Source: Paragordius varius
Lineage: Eukaryota; Animalia; Nematomorpha
DNA length: 64,000 nucleotides
Assembly (NCBI GenBank): GCA_964247055.1
Contig: OZ176056.1
Span: 7,254,001 to 7,318,000, forward strand
Direction: 5' to 3'
The notes beneath the pieces were generated by a model that was given only the letters and a program-made list of their open reading frames with translations, was not told the DNA's origin and searched no databases. Numbering within the stretch: position 1 is the stretch's first letter; each line of letters opens with the position of its first letter. A program made the position numbers and the translations under genes. Below, piece by piece: positions 24,574-38,899 of this stretch.

Positions 24574-26113
24574 TCCTAGAGCGAGAATTCTTATTATCTC
24601 AAAACAGGGCGTTTAAAACATAGCTTCTCGTGCCTCATTTTTTAATCACAAAACTCGGGGGGTTGCATTAAATATATATATATATATATGAGTATTTATG
24701 ATACGGAATTTATTATATTATTATAAGCACAAACTGAAAAATGCAAACATAAATTATCATTTTTTCTAGTTCTTGCCAATTGGTTAAACCTATTTAGAAA
24801 ATTAAGTAAATATTTATATTTCGTGAGCATTATTTTACAATTTATGGTTCAATTCTCGGGCCGCATACGTTCCGCAGGTGGTATCATTGGCCACTCTTGT
24901 TGGCGCATTTATAATAATTTTTAAAAATTAAAATTAAAAAAAAATCCTCATCGCAAACTTTTCGCTGCCATATTTCTAGAAATTTTAAATCCCAAATGCA
25001 ACGGACAAATAAATGTATATTATGGTTAAAAAATGTAAATAACTCTAAGAAGCTTTCAGGCTACATCTAAACAGCAAAAACTTGATAGATTTTTATTTTA
25101 ATATCAGCTGTTGGTTTCAATCGTTTTTTGGAGCTGTCTCAATTCTAGACTCTGAAGTCACAAAAATAAATAAAAAAGTTTTTTTTCTAATACACAGAAT
25201 GGTTGTTTAAATTTTGACTAAAATAACAATCTGTGGTTTATCTTTGGGGTATAAGACTATCCCAATAAACTAGGATAAAAAAGTTAAAAGGTTATAATAA
25301 ACTCTATTAATAACCAAAACAATATTTCATATTTCAATTTTCAGTCGCTCGAATTACACCTCTTCTTATATGGGTTAGTTCGCTTAGAATGCAAGCGATT
25401 CGAATTTTTTCAAATATTATATATGTTAAATTATGGCATCAAAAAAACATATTTTTGAAATATTTATATTGTAACGGTCTAAACATTCATGAGCTATTTA
25501 TTAAATATTTCATAAATTTTTAGTATGAATCTAAATATGCTTACGGTAACCTTATCTAGTGATATTTAAAAAAAATGTTAAAATAATCTCTCCTCATTTT
25601 TCTGTTATTTTCTCTTCTGAATTTGCTGAATTCGTTAACTTGAACGCATTTATGTATTAAATGCCAATAAAAACTTGGAAATTTTTTTAATAACATACTA
25701 GCAGATGTTTATATATTTTAATAAGAGCTGTTAGTTTTAGTGTTTTCCTGTTTATAATTCGGACAATAAAAGATAGGCTAATAAAATATGGTTTTCATAT
25801 CTAATACATGATAAGAGAGTGTGTTTCTTAAGTTTTCGGTATAAATCAAGGTAAAAAGTCATCGTGTATAAAATAAATATATAGTATTTTGAAAATTTTG
25901 GTCAACACAATAATTTAAATTTGCGAATAAATTGCTTTATAATCAAAAACGTGAATTATATTGCAGTCATCTATGTTTAGAATTATCACTACGTTTTTAA
26001 TTAATGTAACTTTGTTCTTAAAATAATAATAGCCTATTTATTGTAACAATTAAAAACAAAGTAAAATTAATTAAAAACGTATGTTTGACAATTCTAAACA
26101 TACATGACTGTAA

Positions 26114-26655
26114 CACTTAGATACAGCACATTTATTTTAGTCCTTCAATTCAAATTGAAGTAGTTGGATACCCCAGGCATGTTTATAATTAAATACTTTA
26201 AAAAATATGGAAGAATCGGAACCATGACAAATTTTTGCAATATTACAAATCGAAATATATAAAAAATGATATTCAAAAATACTTGATATTACCTATTTTA
26301 ATGTGAAACTCAAAGGTTTATTCAAATCATGTGTGCAGTGGCAAATTTAAAAATACAAATTAAACCACTTTTTTTATAAATTATATGTAACTTCAATAAA
26401 AAATAGTTTTAATTTTACCTTTCAAATTAAATGAAAACGATGTTTTGCAAAAATATTGTAAAATTAAAATATCGTCGTAAGTATTCTAACATGAAACTTT
26501 TTTTCAAATTAAATTTTATTTAGATATTTTGGTTTATTATATAATTTTTATAAGGATAGAAGCATAAATTTAAATTGGGACCGTTTCCTTCAGTATTTTT
26601 TTCTAAAATATTGATTAAAATTTTATCTGAGTTATTTAGATACCCCAATTAGAAA
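26114..26655 (-). mobile_element. piggyBac-like MITE, copy 2
   Basis: Reverse complement of copy 1; begins TAA|CACTTAGATACA. Confidence 0.72.
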
Positions 26656-26901
26656 TGACGTGTAAAAGTCTTTAAATATATGAGCTTTTTTGGTAGATCG
26701 CAAAACTTAATTAAACTTTTATTTTATTTATTCTAATTACAATTTAATTTAATCATGTGTAGATAAAAAATATTATACAGATTTGTAACTTCTTGGAAGT
26801 TTGAAATTGTGAGAGCTTTAAAATCTCATCAAAGTAAACAGCTGTTAAAATTATTATTCAAAAATTGCTGATATAAGTCTACTAAACTTGTAAATTAATA
26901 A

Positions 26902-27473
26902 CACTTAGATGCAAATTGGGCTATCTAAATACCCCAGACTAAATTTAAGTTAGGATTTTTAAAAACTACTGAAGGAAACGGCCCCAATTTAAATTTTTGG
27001 TTCTATCCTGATAAAAATTATATAAATATGCCAAAATATAATAAAATTTTGTTTTGAAACAAAAGTTCCATGTCAAACTACTTCTATGCCATTTTCACTT
27101 TACAAAATTTTTGCAAAATATTGTCTTCATTTAATTTTAAGGGTAAAATTAAAGCTAATTTTTTATATAAATTACATTTAACATTAATATAAATAGAAAA
27201 AGCAGTTTATTTTGTATTTTTTTAATTTTACTATTTCTCACATGTCACGTTGACGAAATTTTTACTTTTCGGTTTTGGCTTAAAATAAGTAGTATCAAGT
27301 ATTTTAATAAAATTTTTTATACATTTCGGTTTATTAATGTTATATAAGTGCAAACTTTGCCATGGTTTCGATTTCTTTTATATTTTTTAAAGGATTTAAT
27401 TTTAAACAGACCTGGGGTATCTAACTACCCGAATTTAATCAAATACTGAAATGAATGATCATGTATCCAAGTG
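26902..27473 (+). mobile_element. piggyBac-like MITE, copy 3
   Basis: CACTTAGATGC...TGTATCCAAGTG; same internal sequence as copy 1. Confidence 0.75.
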
Positions 27474-28311
27474 ACCTTTTCTAACCACATTATACATTTA
27501 AAAAAATGGTGGCGATAAAATTTGATATCAGGTTTTTTACAATTTTATTATTAAAACTGAATAAAGCTTTATAAATTTGGCCCTATACGGATAATTTTCA
27601 TTTATTTATAATCATCGCTTTGGGATGTAAACATCTCCAAAAAGCTACATGGTGATCATGTTTTAACACTTAATGTGCTTTTCATTTTGCCCTAGTTTAC
27701 CGTTGTGATTAAATTTATATCCCAGAATTGAATAAAAAAGCACATATTATTTAGAGTGTTATGCAGAATTTGAAGCTATCAGTTGATAATCAAACAATAT
27801 CAAGTTCTTGCTGGTTTAAAGCCTAAAAATTTTTAAGTAATTAATTTTTGACTATAGTATTCATATATTTACCTGTATCATTGACGATATAATATTGATT
27901 GAAGAATATGGGCGGCAAAAACGTTTGAGAAAAACCTGTAATTTACTTTTTTTATTTTTGCATAATGCGAAAAGGCTGAAGAAAGCCTCTAATATAAAAA
28001 CCCAAAAGTTAATGAGTGGTAAAGCCGTATTTAAGATGCTCTAAAATATATAATAATCGCTGTTACAAACTCATTCTCTAAACTGAATTTAACAATATAT
28101 CCATTTTTTCATAAAACTCAAATTTCGTAAAATGTGCTTAATTATCGTTTTTCGATATGAGATTTTAATTACCTCTTCATTTTTATCTCAAAGCTCATAG
28201 CCAAAAGCAGTATAAACATTCCTATACATTTATTTTAATACATTAATCGGATATTTTTTTGGGCGAGCCTGTCATTGTCATCATCGGTTTATCATAGTCA
28301 ACTATATTCAT

Positions 28312-31300
28312 ATGATGAACGATTTGATTGACCAATTTTCAAAAATTGAATCTAAAGAGAAACGGATAGACAGTTTTAAGAAATCCATTATTAATGTTAG
28401 TCAAAATGAAAGACGGAAGAGACATCTCGAATCTCAAAAAACGTATTGATATATTTATATTTATTAGAAAATTATACGATTATTTGGAACAAATACGAGG
28501 CTTGTCAGCACCTGACAAAGAAATTACCAACGTTAAAAGGCCTTATTGGAAGCGTCATTCTAATGAAAAATTTGTTAATCAAGTATTTATAATTATATTT
28601 AAAAACATTTTAGTTAATGATTGCGGAAGTTATGACAGAGGAACCCACTGACTTATACCAAAACTGGTTTGCCATCGTTTGTCCAAATGGCACAAGATGC
28701 TTAATTGTTTCTGCTAATGTAAAGTTATTAAGCTTATAAAAAAATTTTTTGTTAAAATTTTTAATTTTATTCATGTCAAATTAGAATTTAACCAAAGTTT
28801 ATAATAAAAATGGAGAGATGATAGTTCCACCATTTTATTCCCAATTACCTGGTGGTGGTTTTGATGCTTCTCATTTTGAATCATATTATAAATCTAAACC
28901 AAAACCAAACATTCAAAAGGAAAACTCACAAGATAAAAGTCCAGGATACATTGATTTCGACAATCCATGTGTTTCAGAAAGCAATGAAATTCTAAATATG
29001 GATCTCCATAGTAATATTTTTTTAATATTATGGTTTATAACGTATGTTTGATAAAAAAAATTGATATAAAGTTTGTCGATATTATTTAGCAAGTGTTTTT
29101 TCATCGGTATTATTGCCTAATATAATTAGCTTATCATAAATTGTTAACGCTTTTATAATGCAATCAATAAAATTTATTAATTTATTTTTAATTTTATAAC
29201 AAAAAACTCTCGCAGGTGAAAAACATTAACCCCTGTTTTATTAGTATGTTGAATTATTTTCACCTTCGATATCATATTCTCTGAATATTAAAAAGAGCAC
29301 GGAACCGAATATTTGACAATAATTTTTTAAATTTTTTGTTTTATAAGATAGAATTGAGAGTCGGTTTTCTTTATGAAAAGGATTTAATTTATATCTTGAA
29401 AAAGCTTTAACATTCTACCAATGACGGTTACAAATCCTTAAGTATTCTTACCATTATGAAAAAATACATAAAACTCCTAATAATTAATAATTTATATATA
29501 GAATTCGCACGTCCATAATGCATAAAATAAATCCAAATAATCACAACAAAAATTAAATATCCAAATTGTTTCTATATTTAGTAATTCTTATAAAATTATT
29601 TTTTGTGTGAATGATATGTCCCAAAATCCGATTATTTCTTTTTAATTATTTATACTTAACCTACTAAAAATTTGATGTGCAATCATATATATATATCATT
29701 TACAATTTAACTTCACCCAATATATGTTTTCGAGCCAATATAACTCATTACACTAGACAACAAATTTTAACTTTTTTTAACTGCCATTCTTGTAAATTTT
29801 AAATTTATTTCATTAAAGTACATAATTAGTATATCTGAAAAGAAAATTGGTCTTACATGGAAGAATTTTTTTATATTAGAGTTTATCGATAATTTTTGGC
29901 CCCGATTTAACATTAAACTCGAAATTTCGAAAATTTAAAGTTTTAGATATGAAGCCACGTATTTTATATCATTCGAAAGAGCGCAAAATACTGCATCTTT
30001 TAAATGGTAGTTAGTCATTTAAATCCATCGGATGTAAAAGTTATTTGGATTTAAATGGTCAAAATTTTCAATCCTTAAATAAGTCAAGAATTTTCATAGA
30101 TAAACTAATTTGAAAATCATATAAATTATTTAAATATAATTATTAGGGTTATATTAGTATTTAATTTAAAAAAATGTTGGGAAAAGCTTTTGGTTTGTTT
30201 TTTTAATAAAAATTATTAATATCATAAATATTTTACCTAGTGGATACTAAAATGCATAGTTATAACTGTAAATTTATTACATAATGGCTATAAAAGATCA
30301 AAAATACCTTAAACTTTGTTTTTATCTTTAAATTTTCGAAATTATCAGCCTTGTAAAGAAAATAAATTAATATTGATGAGATGGTAATTTTTAAAAAACA
30401 AAAAACTTAAAAATGGCTGTTTTGAGTGACAAAAAGCAATAAATAATGTTTTAATCAAAAAAAACTTTTTTGTGTTATCTTTTTTGGACATTCATCTCCA
30501 TCTAAACAAAGTTTGAGCTATTTTAATCCATTAGTAAAAATATAATAATTATAAAAAATGCTCTCGCTTCGCGCGTTTGTGGCTCTTTGTGTCCAATATT
30601 AACTGTCGTTGTAATACATATTAGTATACATTTTTAGAGTTTTTAATACTCTTTCGAATGATATATTACAAATGGGCATTACTTGTATATTTTCAAAGAA
30701 AAACATTTTTTAGTAAAATTTTGATAAAGAGGGCGCATAATCAAAAAATAAAATTATACAAAATTCTTCCAACGAGTTATAATTTTTATTTCAGATTTAC
30801 TACTAAAATGATATTAAACAAAAAATGCAAAAAACTCGAGTGGCAAAAAAATTTGTTGTCTAGTGTTATTAATATGATATGTTTATGGCTTAGTTTATTT
30901 ATCTTTCTCTATAATTTTAATTTTAACAAAATTTAATTTTTTAAAAGAAATAAAAATACAAGTAATTTTCAATTTTAAAAAACACAAAATATATTTTAGG
31001 GTAAATTTGAGTTGTTTGAGCGTAAATTTGAAGTATAAATGGTATATATAATTTTTAATACTCTTTTATTTTTTGCAGATAAAACAGTAAATGGATTCGA
31101 ACAACCTACGATTGATACCACAAACCAAACTAATGGGACTCGACGTGTTCGGAAACCTAAAACAACCCGCGTTGTCAAAAAGAATGATTGCTGTATATTG
31201 GATGGTATATATTGTTATGCCCCCAAAAAATTTTACATATTAGATGTAATAGCTTGGGGCGGTCAAATTTTTTATGATTGTGAAGCCGATTTTAGAGCAT

Positions 31301-31800
31301 TTTGGTTGGATTCTAAATTTTCTGAATTGTTTGGTGTCCTTAATTTGCCTGCTCATCTCATCGGTAACAATGATTACAATGATGATATATCTTTGTCCAA
31401 GCCAAATCATAATTATAACTTTGAACGGTTGCCTGTTTTAAGGGCACCGTTAAAAGCAGCCCAAACAATCGTGGATGCAATTAAGACATCGAAATTCAAT
31501 AATTTATCTGCTATCAAACAAGGGGCCAATGGCTCTGTTGTCATCACCAAAAGTATGATTGATGGCGTTTTGTTTTACCATAAGGAATCTCATTATGAAA
31601 TACCCCTTATGGTTGCATCTCATCACACAAACTTTAATGATAATAATGGGAATGAATATAGTATTGAAGAATCCTTATTATCTGGTTCAAATCAAGTTTC
31701 TGAAATGGATTATTTGGATAATGTGGCTAACCCGTTGGTAGGTTGGGTAACACTCGACCAAATAAAACCAGTGCTTGATATTGATATATATGTCCAATAA
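28312..31800 (+). CDS. SNUPN: Snurportin-1 (m3G-cap-binding snRNP import adaptor), 5 exons, 432 aa
   Basis: Exons 28312-28442, 28468-28582, 28614-28718, 28785-29010, 31079-31800 (1299 nt, open). Motifs: SQNERRKRHLESQK, NQLMIAEVM, WFAIVCPNGTRCLIVS, FYSQLPGG, CILDGIY, FYILDVIAWGGQIFYDCEADFRAFWLDSK, IDGVLFYHKESHY, PLVGW. Confidence 0.93.
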
Positions 31801-32210
31801 TGATATTCCAATATAAAATTTAATAATAAATATTAATCTATGCCACATTATCATAATTATTTTGTTACATGCTGTTATTTTGTGTCAAATTTACCTCTAA
31901 AATTAACTTAAATATTTAAATGAAAAATACTCCATTTTTGGGATTATTATGAATACGGGTGTAAATAATTCCCGATACCAAATGGCATATATTAAAAAGA
32001 GAAGACTAATTTAATTATTATAGAATCTGGTTAATATTAATTAAATTTATAAAAATTAATTCTAAATATAAATATATATGCTATTATTGCATTTTGTTCG
32101 GTATTCAATATATTATTGACGATTCATAAAGGTTTGTTGATTTTAAAGATATTTGTATTCTCTAACTCATCAAAAAACCTAATCTCCCAAGTCGTACAAA
32201 AAATAGCCCT

Positions 32211-32251
<41 letters not shown>

Positions 32252-32303
32252 AAGAAATTCAATATTTTATTTGGATGGATATAAAATTATTATTTTCCCA
32301 ATC

Positions 32304-34719
32304 TTATTTTCGTTTCTTGGTTTTGTTAGATGCTAGTCCCTTAGCATTCTTTCGGCGATCACTTTTTTTGCTATATGATCTTTTGTTACGATTGTGAGCC
32401 ATATTGTTTTGTTGAGATGCTTCATATTCTTTCATTTCCAAATATTTCTGGTTAAAATGCCTATATTTCAGTATAAAACAATTCAAATATATTAGTATTA
32501 AAAGTTAATTATATTGGTTATATATTATGGATTAATGTGTTGAACTGAATGTATAAAAAAAGATTTCCCATTATGTAAAATTATAAAAGCTTAAATATCA
32601 TAATGCGTATTATTATTACTAAATTCAATTCAGAATTGGTTATAAAATAAAATTGTGTTTTTTTACCCTTATAAATTGGTTAAAAGATTAACAATCAATA
32701 TTAATTGGTTCAGCAAGTAATTTTATACATATAAAATTGATAAAATACTGTTTAAAATTTGGGTCAGCCAATATTTGTTCACATATAGTTGATTTCCTTT
32801 GTTTTTTAGATAGTTTCGATGATGTTGTATCAAAGGCTGTATCCATAACGGTTCCCATCTAAATAAAAATTAAAATTCGTTGATTATATGAGGAGTCTAA
32901 AATTCTAAAATGCTATTATATAAAACGTTTTCGACATTAGGATAGATATATCTCAAGTTTTTGGTTTTTAACGTTTCTACCTGATATTTCATTTTACTTT
33001 TGTCAATATTTATCGAAAATATGCTTTAATTTTAATTGTATAAATAAACAAAATATGTTTTTATGTAAGCAAAAAAGTTATAGAAATGGTTTGTAATTTT
33101 TACAAATAATTTAATGGGCTAAAAAAGACATACAATGCATAATATTAAATAAAGCCTATAAGAATTATTGGATAAATTAGAGCTACCCCATGTAATGTAT
33201 TATTAAAAGTTTTATATCGATTTGAACAAACAATATTACATATAATGAAATTATAGTATTTCCCCGTGCTAAAAAGCAATGCATTATTATAGTATATTAA
33301 AACAAATGTCTTAATAATAATATGAATGGACAAAAAAACCTGATAAAATAAAACTCATAGAGAAATGTATAAAATTCTTATTGTGCTAAAATTGTTATAT
33401 GATGCACATCAAAAAATTCGGAAAATTTGACATTTTGCTAAAATATACTTTTTGGGTGTAAAAAACTTTAGATAATATAAACCAAATATATCATAAATTC
33501 TAAAATCAAAACAATTTATATATATAATAAATTTTAGACGTAGGTATCAAAACACAAATTTTCAAACACGTCTAAAATTGACTAATACTCTTAAAATAAC
33601 CGCAAAAATGCTGAGATCTTGCGATAAAAATGTGAAAGCATATAATATAATTCATATTCATTAAATAAAATATAAGAAAAGTTTTTAAATTGTAAGTCCT
33701 TTTACCAATTCATGCTTAAATCACAAAGTACATCCCAAGAAAATTCGCAAAAATCAATAAAGTTGATGCAAATTTTCAAAAATCTGTTTAATGTCATTTC
33801 AAATATATCAAAACGGTTATCTCGCGGGACATTTTTGGGTGTATATAAGAGAAATAATTAATTTTTAAGCATCCAAAAAATGAGATTTTCGGAGTCTTCA
33901 ATTTAGATATTATTATGTATATACATATAACAGTGTCACCTAAACCTTGCCCTAAAGTGCTTTTTAAGGCCCTAAATTATTCATATTTTTAAGTAGATAA
34001 TGTCTCAAACAACTAGGATTATGGACACGGCCCTTGAGACAAAATAATCATTCTTTGCAGCCTTCAAAAATATTTGGTGGGTAAAATTGGTTTACAAAAA
34101 GAAATTTTAATGAAAGGTGAGCTAATTTTGCTATTTTTAAATATGAAGCGATCGCCACAAAAGTAAAAATAATTTTCTCAAATAGTCCAAAAGTATAAAA
34201 AACCATAAGAAATAATATATTTTTTGTATTAAAATATTTATTGTGATATTTTTCATACCCCCGATGTTATGCGTAAATTAAGATTTTCATCAAAAATAAA
34301 ATAAAATTAAAAAATTTAAAAAGGCAAAGACATATATATATTATAAAATGTTGAATATTTAATATGTATTAATCTAACCTGATAATATTTGGGCGTACTT
34401 TTCCAATCAACTTTTTTAAACGTTTTGGGATAAATGGAAGAGATCATTTTTAGGATGTTTAGATCGTTGGTATTCTCAGGATTCTCTTTTTGTAAGGGCA
34501 TATTGTACCATTTGGCACCACGGCTTAAGGTACGTTCAAACTAAAAAAATATATGCCTTAAAAAAACTCGTTTTTTTCGCAAAATAGCTCTTTTGCTTTC
34601 GTATCCAGGTATTTGATTTTGACTCAAAAAACTTGAATTTAAAACAGATTTTGTCATTATCTATCAATTAAAAGATCTGAAAAAACTTTTTGGATATTTT
34701 CTTTAGATAAAGGAGGCAT
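32304..34719 (-). CDS. FCF2: Fcf2 pre-rRNA processing protein (DNTTIP2/TdIF2 C-terminal domain only), 5 exons, ~184 aa
   Basis: Exons (-): 34719-34687, 34660-34568, 34540-34379, 32858-32749, 32460-32304 (555 nt, open). Motifs: KWYNMP, NDLNILKM, PKYYQMGTV, SKLSKKQRKSTICEQILADPNF, basic tail. There is an in-frame stop just upstream of the ATG. Confidence 0.88.
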
Positions 34720-35209
34720 GCTTTTTCAATCATACAATTTAGCAGCTGATAGTTTCTTGGGCTGAATGGCTAAATTTTTTACTCAAAATTTTACCTTTTC
34801 TTACCCTTGGGAATTTGTGGCTTTTGCAATATGCAATAGATATCCTAATCCTTACACGTATCATAAATTTTTAATTTATTTAGCGGTTATATATTGTCAG
34901 AAGATACTATAAAATTTGAATACGATGATAATAAACTTATTATCCAAAAAATTATATTTAGAACTGCCAAGTTTAAATTAATTTAATTATAGAATTCCAA
35001 AATGGGCTGAAAAAATTATACCTTCGAAATCAGTTCCCATACTTGAGACTGTAGAAATCGACTTGCACCATAAAGATTGCAAAATGATTAAAACAAATAT
35101 CTTGCATCAAAATTTTATGGTATTATTTAATCAATTGGGATAAATTATTATATAGTTGAGTACATTACATTTTTTAACCAATTATAATTTTTGAGGATAT
35201 TATTGAAAT

Positions 35210-35480
35210 GTATAGATAGATAGATTGCGGTTGTTAAGGAGTCTCTTGGCATCCCGTCGTGACGGGGTTGAGTTAATTGATCATTGCATTGAAGGATTTT
35301 TTTAACCGATTCTCCGCTTTTATGTTTTCGGCCTGTAGGTCTTGGGTAATGTTATTGCCCCATGATATTGCTTATAGATTATTTGAGCATTATGTTTTTC
35401 AACCATCTTTACATTTTTGTTCTTTATAAAGTCATCTGTTCAATTTATATTTGCCTACTTTAAACCGCTTTAAATACGAT
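35210..35480 (-). mobile_element. Probable RTE LINE 3'-end relic with (ATCT)n tail
   Basis: GC-richer island; the - strand reads ...SWGNNITQDLQAENI...NPVTTG with stops, followed by a hairpin (CCCGTCACGACGGG) and ATCTATCTATCTA. Confidence 0.4.
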
Positions 35481-35971
35481 TCGCAAAATTTTACAAAAAA
35501 TATTTTAAACAGTTTGATATCTTTATTTTTATAGTCGGATACGTTTTGGGGTAGATTTGTGATCAATAGCTTAACTCGCGAAAACTAATTTAAACGGTGT
35601 CTTGGTTACAATTTATTTATTAAAAACATTTATCTCGTGTATGCTTAAAAGTTATATTGTTTATTCACTTTTAGAGTTCAAAAATTTGTAACAAACGGCT
35701 GATTTTATAATCAATATTATTAATTTTGTAGCTTTTAATAAGATAAAAAAATAAAAGAGGTACAACTATACATTTATTTTTTTGAATGCTCAAAAGCTAT
35801 AGAATGCTTATTTTCAAAATTCGTCCCAATATTACTTTTATTTGAACACTTCTGGGTACAAACAAAAAGCAGCGAAAGAAATCCGCGCAATTTTTTTCAA
35901 TTGAATTATATCATATAATTCAGCTTTTAAATTTGTGAACAATTATTGCAATGTTTTGTTTTGCATTTTAG

Positions 35972-37241
35972 CTAAGTGGATACGTTACAATATATTTATT
36001 AGGGTGTTGCATTTATTGTTTATCAACATGTACACATTGATTTTTAAAATGTTTAAGGCATGTTTGGAGTCATAGTTAATTACTTCTACTATACTTTTAT
36101 GAAGGAATTGCACAAAATGTCACATATATGTTTGTTTCCATAAGAGTTAAAAACTAAGTTATATTGAACAACAGAAAAAAATTATTTCCTATTTTATTGT
36201 GTAGCATGGAACCGAAATATGCAATTATACTCAAGATCCCAAAAATGAAAATAAAACCATTTGTGCCAAGAAGGTTTGGGTTGACTCCCATGCTTTTGGC
36301 TTTGCTAATGCTATCAAAAAATATGGGATTGAAAAGTTAGTTTTACTTAGTATATAATATATTGAAAATTAATTTACTGTTTGGTTTATTTATTTAAGAG
36401 TAGCGATAAATTCATAGATTAAAATCATAAAAAGCTTGGTAGGTCACAATATTATAGGGTAAAAACACATTTAAATCTTGTTTTTTATCGATTGCGATTT
36501 TACTATATAATATATATATATATATATATATACTTTTAATATCATAATTATAAAGATGGTTATACAAAAAAAATTATCTAAAAAATCGGGTTTTCCTAAA
36601 ACATAAATGACTTTTTTTTACTTATGATTTATGTTGAGTTTTCCTAAATTAACCAAAATTTTGATATATTATTTTATAAAGACATTTCAATTTTTTCTAC
36701 ATAAAGTATGTAAATGTGTACAATTTCCATATCTCTTCTTAATTGCTCGCAACGAAAGATATGTATAAAAGTTTTTACAATTTGTCTCTTAAAAATTTCA
36801 ACCTTTTTATTGTGTTTATAATACAGGTATAAAATCAATTCGAATCGTGCAGCCCTGGGCCTAGATTATGTGTTAAACAAAATTTCAACTTCAATACCCC
36901 TTAATGCCCAATTAAAACCACAAATTGAGCATTCATCATCATCAGTTACAACAAGTCAAGAGTTAAATACGCTCACGCAACACTATAAATCCTTGCATAA
37001 TCAAACCTTTTTACAATATTTGAGTAGCCATGTGATTGGAACCGGTGTAAAAAAGGGTTTTTGGAAAACCCGTATTCAAAGTTTGACTAAACTTATTCCA
37101 ACCAATAAATTTACTGCAAAAATTTTCTCAGGAACCAAAATTAAAATCAAAAATTGTACTGCCACTCCTGTGATAAAGACAAGTCAATTAACATATATCG
37201 ATAGAGCTTTGATTGAATTATCCAAAACTTTTTACATATAA
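35972..37241 (+). CDS. Unassigned multi-exon gene, 3' part (5' exons unresolved)
   Basis: Exon 36205-36335 (HGTEICNYTQDPKNENKTICAKKVWVDSHAFGFANAIKKYGIE) joins in phase via GT-AG to the terminal exon 36827-37241 (KYKINSNRAALGLDYVLNKI...IELSKTFYI*). Probable upstream exons around 35972-36118 are separated by ~30-nt introns (...NMHVWSHRIAQN). Confidence 0.5.
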
Positions 37242-37535
37242 AAATATATTTTTATATAATTAGGCTGTCATATGATAATATGTATGCATTTTATATAGAT
37301 GTTTAGGAGATTGAATAATAATTATATGTGTATAGAATAAGAAAATACATTGCTAGTTTTGCATCAAGTGTCAGATATATGCTATTATCTGGCAATATTT
37401 ATGAAAAACTATCAATATATATATATATATATTATATATGAAATTAAATTTATGATTTTTAGTTTACACACGACTGATATGTATCCCTCATCAATAAATA
37501 TGCAATTGAATTATTGATTTTTGATTATTTTCGGT

Positions 37536-38318
37536 TCATAGTTTACCTACTTTCTTAGATTTGCTCAGGAGCGGTAAGGATAGTAAAGTTAGGATAAAAA
37601 ATATCCCAATAGCAAAGTAAAAGGCATAGTGTAATAATTGAACAATATTTATACATGTGAAATTTTTGTGCAATCTATGGTATAAAATAAAAAAATAATT
37701 ATTAAAGATTCTAGTTATCATAATATGTTACCAAATTTTTTTAATTTGGATACGATTGAATAAAAATATTTTATATTTGTAACACATAATTAAAAACTCT
37801 TTTCCTTATTAACCATTTAGAGGCTCTAATAAAACTTTGCTACCTAAAATTTCCGGTATAACAAACGCATTCAAATTGTTCACAAATTTCATTGGGCCCA
37901 GGGCATTGAGCATCTACCATGCAATATTCATCACTGAATCTAGGGATATATATGGGAGGATATATGGTACCATTTAATATAATAATGCCATTGTTCATAT
38001 TTTGTGATTTCATTAAGGATTCCACACTAAGAGAGTCTAAGAAGGATAAAATATAAAAGTTTATTGAATACCAAAATTTTTAGCATCTTCTAAAGATGAT
38101 TTTATGGGAAAAACTTTCCCTTTATTTTGATCATTGTTACCATGAAGTCCTAAATATTCTAATCTTTCTATGTAAGCCATTTCACTCAGCGGTGAGTTTT
38201 CTATGTTGTTACGTATCAGATCATATTTTTGGGTGATTTTTCCTTCAACACTACGAAAAATACTATAACATTTGTTGTTTACAATAAAGGAGAGTAATAA
38301 TAATGAATTTATCATCAT
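37536..38318 (-). CDS. Single-pass membrane protein with one EGF/EB-like 6-Cys module (~192 aa; 5' end uncertain)
   Basis: Exons (-): 38318-38072, 38036-37844, 37674-37536 (579 nt, phases consistent). Splicing completes C-x5-C-x6-C-x4-C-x-C-x12-C, followed by hydrophobic AFYFAIGIFFILTLLSLPLL and basic SKSKK. Confidence 0.62.
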
Positions 38319-38899
38319 TTGTTATAAGGATTATAGTTGAGTGATCATTTTTTATCGTAGCTTCTCATTTATACATGGTCATATTGATTGTGTTCTAGAA
38401 CTTATATTCATAAATATTTTTAGGTTTTTTCGGGTTCGCTTAATGTTATTTGTTGCGTTTAAACATTTTATTAATAGGCGATGTTTCTGGGACGTATTGG
38501 AAACGTTCATTGAATCATTTATTATTGATTGTCCTAAAAAATTAACGGTCCAAAGCAAGAATTCTATTTCATTTTTTAAATGTGTATCAATAAAAAAAAT
38601 TGTTAGTGATATTTATTAACTACTACGTATATTTAATGCTTAAAAATTTTGTATTAAAATTTGAACTTAAAATATGGTTTTAAATTTAAATGTTTATAGC
38701 TCCCTTAATTTGTAAATTTGCTCTCTACCCAATCTATTCTAAAAAAGCGCTATTTATTATTGGCAGTGAAAAAACTAGATAATATTGGTTAATTTTTATA
38801 ACTTTTATTATTTTATCCTGGATGGAGTATGACTTTTACCAGTATTATTTTTATTATTGTATTAATAGTGTATTTAATTAATCTTTTGCTATTTACCGA

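Noticed and set aside
27760-28040. Possible upstream SNUPN exons
   Set aside because: SNUPN already has a homologous N-terminus from ATG 28312, and this open stretch shows no similarity.
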